41,191 nt of DNA from a virus (taxonomy: Duplodnaviria; Caudoviricetes), in IMG/VR virus record IMGVR_UViG_3300036376_000001, positions 1 to 41,191 of that record; one strand, written 5' to 3'. Position numbers and translations under genes: made by a program. Below are positions 36,181 to 41,191 of the stretch, in pieces. Under the pieces are notes generated by a model, which had not been told where the DNA came from, searched no databases, and saw only the letters and a list, made by a program, of their open reading frames with translations. Positions within the stretch are counted from its first letter, which is position 1. Every line of letters begins with the position of its first letter.

Positions 36181-36467
36181 CAATGCTCCCGTGTGTTCGG
36201 AAGATACCGCTTTTCCCATTCCTCGACGGACGCGGGCTCTACGGGCATGCGGGCCACCATGTGGTGCACCACGTCTGCATTGATGTCCGTTGAGGACAGG
36301 TCCGGCATGACCTTTCGCATCAACGCAATGGCTGCAGTCACTTGGGTGCTGGTCATCTCGACCTCACCCATGACATGGTCAATCAACCTGTTGAGGATTT
36401 TTGAGTTTGCGATTTTAGTCCGGTGTTCTTCCGGCATCACAAACCCCGGCTTTCGCCCACGGCTCAT
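36180..36467 (-). CDS. terS: Terminase small subunit
   Basis: Small protein upstream of terL; TQVTAAIALMRKVMPDL. Confidence 0.65.
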   Translation of the reverse strand: MSRGRKPGFVMPEEHRTKIANSKILNRLIDHVMGEVEMTSTQVTAAIALMRKVMPDLSSTDINADVVHHMVARMPVEPASVEEWEKRYLPNTREH

Positions 36468-36468
36468 G

Positions 36469-36510
36469 TTATTTCGGCCTCGGCTTTCCCGGCTTCGGTT
36501 TGCACGCCAT
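36469..36510 (-). CDS. 13-aa basic peptide
   Basis: AAAGGA RBS; MACKPKPGKPRPK; stop is 1 nt before the terS ATG. Confidence 0.4.
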   Translation of the reverse strand: MACKPKPGKPRPK

Positions 36511-36614
36511 CAGCGTCGTCCTTTCGACCAATGCGCCCGCAGACGGACGACAAGGCGCCCGCCTTCCAGTGAAGCTACCAGCATGTGGGGAAACCCCGGC
36601 GCGAGGCGCAATTC

Positions 36615-36655
36615 GGAGATTGCCTATCTCTACCCGATTTCCATGACGCGTTCAA
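36615..36655 (-). promoter_or_regulatory. Putative late promoter of the packaging/structural operon
   Basis: TTGAAC-N17-TAGAGATAGGCAATCTCC; matches the site upstream of the lysis genes. Confidence 0.55.
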
Positions 36656-37152
36656 GACCGCCCTCCCTTCCGCCACGCAGCCAGACGCGTCAGCCCACAG
36701 ACCAGCGCCAGAAGCTGCGGGTGACCGACTGGCACGAGGTCATCGACGCATGTCGCCTGGACGCAGGACAGTTCCAACGAATGGCTGCCGATGGCCATGT
36801 CGTAGCTTTCCAGCCGCTTCTGCGCCCTGACGCGGCGGCGGGCTTCCAGCTCCGGGTCCGGTTCGATGGCGAGGCCGTGGACGCGGGAAATGTCCTGTGC
36901 GCGGGCATGGGGCGAGGGGAGGCGCATGGCGGCCACCCATTCCGCCTTGGCCTCGCGATAGGCGCAGCCGGCCTCGTACAGCTCCTGGCTGATCTTGTTC
37001 TGCGCGTAGAGCGTACCGAGAGGCGTGCCGAGAGTGGGGTCACGCATCATGCGGGCGAAGTCGGCCACCCGCTGGAGATGCGGGCGAGGCTTTTCCGCCT
37101 TGACGCGCCCGTCTGCCTGGCGCGCGACGTTCCATTTCCGCTTGCGGCCCAT
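36652..37152 (-). CDS. Hypothetical protein, positional candidate for a late-gene regulator
   Basis: Last early gene before the late promoter; basic N-terminus. Confidence 0.6.
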   Translation of the reverse strand: MGRKRKWNVARQADGRVKAEKPRPHLQRVADFARMMRDPTLGTPLGTLYAQNKISQELYEAGCAYREAKAEWVAAMRLPSPHARAQDISRVHGLAIEPDPELEARRRVRAQKRLESYDMAIGSHSLELSCVQATCVDDLVPVGHPQLLALVCGLTRLAAWRKGGRS

Positions 37153-37161
37153 GAAACCTCC

Positions 37162-37434
37162 TCAAAAGGGTAGAGGGTCTTCCAGTTCGTCACGTCCGCC
37201 GAAATGCTTCTCGACGCCCTGCTTCACGCGCTCGACGGCGTCACGGGGCTGCTTGCGCTTGATGGTTCCCGAGATGAACTTCGCGCCGTTTCCGCTGGTG
37301 CGCGTCCACCCGTCGATGAACCACTCGTTGCCCTCGTCATCGATAAGGGTGCCCGAGGTGTTTGGGTGCTTGTCGGTCTTGCGATCCTTGTTCGGAAACA
37401 GCGTGAAGGTTCCCGGTCGCTTTTCGTAGCTCAT
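37162..37434 (-). CDS. Small OB-fold/SSB-like protein (DUF736-like)
   Basis: LFPNKDRKTDKHPNTSG..W..KFISG; acidic tail EDPLPF. Confidence 0.65.
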   Translation of the reverse strand: MSYEKRPGTFTLFPNKDRKTDKHPNTSGTLIDDEGNEWFIDGWTRTSGNGAKFISGTIKRKQPRDAVERVKQGVEKHFGGRDELEDPLPF

Positions 37435-38315
37435 GCGGCAATCTCCAGAAGAAGTCCCATGACGTAGAGCGATCCGGCGCCCTCGGACGCCATTTCGCGC
37501 TGCGTTGCCTCTGCCTCGATTTCGGGGGCCTGCTCAAGCATGGTGAAAACGCGCTCAGTCAATGTGGCGTCGTCTTTCACTTCAGACATGACTTCCTGCA
37601 TCCAACGGCCTGCTGCAGAGGCTTCCGCGCTGCGGCGGGCCTCGTCGCGCGCTTCCTGTGCAGGCGCAAACGTCAAAGGCTGCCCAGCGCTGGCCTCAAC
37701 AACGGGCTCCTCGGGCTCAATGTCGAGCAAGGCCCTGGCAACCACGGCGCGCCGCTCTTTGATGGCTTCGGCCGCGCTGCGAATGCTGTCAGCCGGGGCT
37801 TTCAGCAGTTCCGTCACCTTGGCCGCGTCGCGCTTGATAAAGCCGAGTTCGTCTGCATCTGGCAGATCGCCCGTGTCCCGAACGAACTCATACAGGCCCA
37901 GCAGATAACCACCGGCATACGCCTCGCCGGCAAGCTGCGTCCCGCGCAGTTTCTGCACGGCGTTCTGTCTGGCCTGCGATGATGACCTGTGCTGCCGCTT
38001 GCGATAACGCTCCAGCTTTTCACCAACGCTTTGAAGGGACGCCTTCGACATCCCCCAGCTTGGGTCGAATTCTCTCGGGTTCTGGCATGGCACCATGTAT
38101 GCCTTGCCTGAAGAGGCGGTGGCGCGCATGAAAGCCGATTGCTTCTGCATGCCTTTGGTGTCGAAATACCGCAGCCACAACCGCCATGTGGCAGTACCAG
38201 GCTCGGCCATGAAGCCCATTGAGCCATCCGGATTTGCGTTCCGGCGCATGAATTCAATGGCGTCACCGGCAACGTGCCCGTTTTCGATGTACGAGTACTT
38301 CTCCGGTTTGCGCAT
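37431..38315 (-). CDS. Hypothetical replication-module protein
   Basis: TGATG coupling to the initiator gene. Confidence 0.6.
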   Translation of the reverse strand: MRKPEKYSYIENGHVAGDAIEFMRRNANPDGSMGFMAEPGTATWRLWLRYFDTKGMQKQSAFMRATASSGKAYMVPCQNPREFDPSWGMSKASLQSVGEKLERYRKRQHRSSSQARQNAVQKLRGTQLAGEAYAGGYLLGLYEFVRDTGDLPDADELGFIKRDAAKVTELLKAPADSIRSAAEAIKERRAVVARALLDIEPEEPVVEASAGQPLTFAPAQEARDEARRSAEASAAGRWMQEVMSEVKDDATLTERVFTMLEQAPEIEAEATQREMASEGAGSLYVMGLLLEIAA

Positions 38316-39094
38316 CAATATGCTCCCATTTCGCGGGCCTCGGCCTCTAGCTCTTCCTCCGTCCACGCGCGGACCGTCGCGGTGCCCAAGGGGACCACGT
38401 TCGCGTACCGGGGTGCGTCATCCTCCCAGCCGCAGGCATTCAGCCAGGAGGCGGGGTTCTTGACGTATTTCTTTTCCCGATTGCCGGTCGCGGCGGCGTA
38501 TCGCCTCGCGCCAGCTAGAATGGCCTCCGGGGATGCTCCCGCTCGGACGGCTTTCTCGTATGCCTTGCGGGCCTGACCCTTCTCGACGTGCTTGGGGTAG
38601 GCCCAATAGAAGGCATCAAAATCGTCATCACTCACTCGCGGCTTCGGCCGCGCTTTTGTCTTGAGTTTTTTATTATCTGTATCTGTATCTGTATCTGTAT
38701 CTGTATGCGCGTTACGTAACGGCTCGTAACGCTCGCGTAACGCGTTACGGTCCTGTGACGTTACGGACTTCGCAAGCGCTTGTTTTTGCCTGTATTTTTT
38801 CTGACGTTCGGCGTTCGTTCGGTCGACGTACTGGCGTTTGTGCCAGTTGTGCGGAACCATGTGTTCGCCGTTGTCGTCAATCAGTCCCGTAACGCGTAAC
38901 GCTTGCAAAATGCTGTCTGCCTGCATCTCCGTAACGCGCAATGTGAAGGCGATTTCCCGCATGCCAGGCAGTGGCCCACCGCGCTCGCAGGCAAGGCAAA
39001 GAATGGTCACCCACGCCTTGAAAAGTTCCGGCTCAAGGAGCTGGACCTTTGGGTCGTGAGCAACCTCTGCGTAGAAGCGGAACCATCTGCTCAT
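38315..39094 (-). CDS. Replication initiator (replisome organizer-like)
   Basis: MSRWFRFY..DPKV; NAERQKKYR; DTDTDT linker; FDAFYWAYPK..PASWLN. Confidence 0.8.
   Translation of the reverse strand: MSRWFRFYAEVAHDPKVQLLEPELFKAWVTILCLACERGGPLPGMREIAFTLRVTEMQADSILQALRVTGLIDDNGEHMVPHNWHKRQYVDRTNAERQKKYRQKQALAKSVTSQDRNALRERYEPLRNAHTDTDTDTDTDNKKLKTKARPKPRVSDDDFDAFYWAYPKHVEKGQARKAYEKAVRAGASPEAILAGARRYAAATGNREKKYVKNPASWLNACGWEDDAPRYANVVPLGTATVRAWTEEELEAEAREMGAY
38674..38935. repeat. Putative origin iterons inside the initiator gene
   Basis: (TATCTG)5 at 38674-38703; nine CGTAAC/GTTACG copies at 38711-38935; adjacent T-tracts. Confidence 0.6.
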
Positions 39095-39098
39095 GGCG

Positions 39099-39527
39099 TC
39101 AGTCCATGTTTGCGGAGGAGGAGCAGCCCGAGCCCTGGTAGCCGCTCGGGTTGTAGGTCAGCGGCTGCCGGTCCCTGACGGACACGCTGGCAGGCTCGCG
39201 CTCGAACCGCCGCAGCACGGCGACGAAATCCTCCTGCGGCTCTGGCTCGGCCCGGCCGCCGCCAATCTTCTTCCGGCGGTCACGGCAGGCAGGACGGGAA
39301 CGGCCGAGGCGCCGGGCGCACTCGCTGTGCGACAGCGGAAGGCGCAGGACGGCGTCCTCCTCAGGTGACCAGTACCGTTTCAGCTCGGAGCCATCGGCCC
39401 TGCGCAGGCGACGCAGGCGCTCGTAACAGGCATGGCGGCTCTTCGGCAGCACCTTGGAAGCCGGACCCGGCTTGCCGATGCGCAGGAGGATGGCGTCCTC
39501 CTCAGGCGTCCACGGCGTATACATCAC
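39099..39527 (-). CDS. Protein with tandem Myb/SANT-like repeats
   Basis: WTPEEDAILLR and WSPEEDAVLR. Confidence 0.65.
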   Translation of the reverse strand: MMYTPWTPEEDAILLRIGKPGPASKVLPKSRHACYERLRRLRRADGSELKRYWSPEEDAVLRLPLSHSECARRLGRSRPACRDRRKKIGGGRAEPEPQEDFVAVLRRFEREPASVSVRDRQPLTYNPSGYQGSGCSSSANMD

Positions 39528-40006
39528 GCCACCTCGCGCATTGCAGCGAGACGGCGCTTGCGTTCCAGAGCCCGAGCCTGCTTTGCCGGGACGACGTAGG
39601 TTTCGCCCCGCAGCGTCGCCTCATAGGCGCGGCATGAATGTAAGATTGAAGTATGGTCTCGGCCAAGGAACCGGCCGATCTGGGGGAGAGACCACGTCGT
39701 CTCTTCTCGCAGGCGCCAGCATATTTCCTGACGCGCCTTCACCAATTCTTTCTGCCGCCGCTGCGACATCACGGCCCGGATCGGAACCGAATGCTTCGCG
39801 CACACCTCTGCCACGACCGCACGGGCAATGTCGCGGGCCGTCAGGACCGGCTCCCATACCGGCCTGTCGTCAGGCAGCGGCGTCGTCGAGATGTACAGAA
39901 CGTCGCGCGGCAAAGGTTTCGAAGCCTCGCGACGCGGCGCGACTGGCGCCGACCACAGGCGACGCTTGATCTCGCGATAGCGCGACAGGAATTCCAGCTC
40001 ACTCAC
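39524..40006 (-). CDS. DnaA C-terminal-like HTH protein
   Basis: ARQ..SLPQIGRFLGRDHTSILH. Confidence 0.8.
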   Translation of the reverse strand: MSELEFLSRYREIKRRLWSAPVAPRREASKPLPRDVLYISTTPLPDDRPVWEPVLTARDIARAVVAEVCAKHSVPIRAVMSQRRQKELVKARQEICWRLREETTWSLPQIGRFLGRDHTSILHSCRAYEATLRGETYVVPAKQARALERKRRLAAMREVA

Positions 40007-40376
40007 CGGAGCGCTCCTTTGTCGAGATGATGTGGACGCGGACGGCCGGGCCGTGTTCGACCCACGCCAGTTCGATGCTCTGGCAATCGCTGTCGTCGCG
40101 GACGAGGCCCGCCTTGACGATTGCGTCTTCCAACGCTTTCAGATTATTGGACAAATCGCGTTTGCGCCGGTCCGGCTTCACGAAGCGGACGAGCATCCCG
40201 TACGGGCCTGAAATCGAGTGGCCGTGAGCCTGCGCGATAAGGCTCGCCACCGCGCTGTCCATCCATTCGCGGTAATGGGCAGCCATCAGGACGCGGCCCT
40301 TGTGGGCGCGCCAGAGCCTGTTCGTGCTCGGCGGCAGCTTATCAAGCGTGACGGTGATTGCTTGACTGATGGCCAT
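39999..40376 (-). CDS. rusA: Holliday junction resolvase RusA
   Basis: PPSTN, RDLSNNLKALEDA and DDS motifs. Confidence 0.88.
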   Translation of the reverse strand: MAISQAITVTLDKLPPSTNRLWRAHKGRVLMAAHYREWMDSAVASLIAQAHGHSISGPYGMLVRFVKPDRRKRDLSNNLKALEDAIVKAGLVRDDSDCQSIELAWVEHGPAVRVHIISTKERSGE

Positions 40377-40396
40377 GGCTGCTCCGGGCGTAAGGG

Positions 40397-40472
40397 GCGC
40401 CCCGATCCGCAGGGAGGGAGTGGCGGACCGGGGCGCAGTACCGGCGGGCTTGGGAGGGGCCGTTGCCGCCGG
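40397..40472 (-). ncRNA. Tandem hairpins with CU-rich loops (cuckoo-like)
   Basis: Loops CCCCUCCCAAG and CACUCCCUCCCU on GC-rich stems between cro and rusA. Confidence 0.45.
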
Positions 40473-40474
40473 GG

Positions 40475-40687
40475 TTACAAACCCCAGATCTCTTCAAGCG
40501 AAAGCGAGACGCCGTGCGCCTTGGCCGCCGCGAGGATCTGGGGAACCTGTTTGTAGGGAATGCGCCCGCCCGTGCCGTACGGGGTCTTCATCTTCCAGCG
40601 CGCAACCCACATGGGGTGAACGCCGAGGATGCGGGCGAGCTTGGTGTTTCCACCGAATTTGGAGATGACAGAAGCTGCTGGTTCCAT
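40475..40687 (-). CDS. Cro-like HTH protein
   Basis: VISKFGGNTKLARILGV..VARW..GGRIP; divergent from cI. Confidence 0.8.
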   Translation of the reverse strand: MEPAASVISKFGGNTKLARILGVHPMWVARWKMKTPYGTGGRIPYKQVPQILAAAKAHGVSLSLEEIWGL

Positions 40688-40694
40688 GCCGAAC

Positions 40695-40722
40695 ACCATA
40701 CACTAATCCGGTATGGCGTCAA
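40695..40722 (-). promoter_or_regulatory. Lytic promoter with operator; probably a leaderless cro mRNA
   Basis: TTGACG-N16-TATGGT ending 7 nt before the ATG; inverted repeat CCATAC-N9-GTATGG. Confidence 0.6.
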
Positions 40723-40874
40723 CACCCGGGCGGTTTGAAAAGGGGCGATTGTGCGCGGTAGCACACACCGAACCCTGCTATTAACTTTTCGTTAGGATAT
40801 ATGGCGGAGCGGGACTATACCCGTCTCGTGTATCGTGGCCCCGGGAGAGTTCGATGGAACTGGGGAAGCTTCTC

Positions 40875-41191
40875 ATGACAGATTTCTCCGCATGGCTCGG
40901 CCATGCGTTAACGCGGTCCGGCATGTCGCAGACCGAACTCGCCAAGATGCTGACTGACAGACTTGGTAGAAACTTTTATCAAACGACAATATCAAAAGTC
41001 ATTGCCGGAGACCGCGAACTTAAATTTGACGAGGTGGTTGCAATAAGTCTCATAACATCTGAACCTTTGCCATTGATCGGCGCAGGCAACCGTGTCATTC
41101 CTGTGACCGGGGGCATACGCGATGGGGGCATCATTGTGGACTACAAATCTCCCGTAGATTTCGTGGAATTGCCTATGGACGGCCGGACAGA
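40875..41191 (+). CDS. CI-like repressor, runs off the window end
   Basis: MTDFSAWLGHALTRSGMSQTELAKML..QTTISKVIAGDRELK HTH, then an IPVTG linker. Confidence 0.75.
   Translation, partial: MTDFSAWLGHALTRSGMSQTELAKMLTDRLGRNFYQTTISKVIAGDRELKFDEVVAISLITSEPLPLIGAGNRVIPVTGGIRDGGIIVDYKSPVDFVELPMDGRT

Noticed and set aside
31735-37446. GGCAATCTCC at 31735 and 37437 as extra late-promoter motifs
   Set aside because: They are in the opposite orientation, lie within coding ends (both encode EIA), and lack the TAGA-ATA half.
38674-38765. CRISPR-like or mini-array repeats
   Set aside because: These are short tandem or iteron repeats inside a coding sequence, with no repeat-spacer periodicity.

Overview
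The window is about 41 kb of a GC-rich temperate podovirus-type phage. The host is probably an alphaproteobacterium (Hyphomicrobiales-like), inferred from the tRNA-Val fragment and the gene types. It appears to be the non-integrated form, because an attP-like 3' tRNA-Val(GAC) fragment has phage genes on both sides. Left to right: an N-terminally truncated tyrosine integrase, attP, a radical SAM gene and a small-gene/HTH operon (+ strand). Then comes a long minus-strand late region: lysis cassette, tail fibre, ejection proteins, neck, capsid, scaffold, a ~9.5 kb block of carbohydrate-active fibre-like genes, portal and terminase. Replication genes, rusA and the cro/cI switch end the window. Two essential packaging/head genes are interrupted. 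(1) The terL Walker A motif (GGARGGG|KT) is split by an in-frame 45-nt insert with a UAG stop inside a 19-bp cUUCGg hairpin flanked by matched GGC codons, directly downstream of an HNH gene. This closely parallels the T4 mobA/gene 60 ribosomal-bypass cassette and is the best candidate for a novel system. (2) The major capsid gene carries a 242-nt ORF-less group I intron. All functional calls come from motif recognition by eye; no database search was run.
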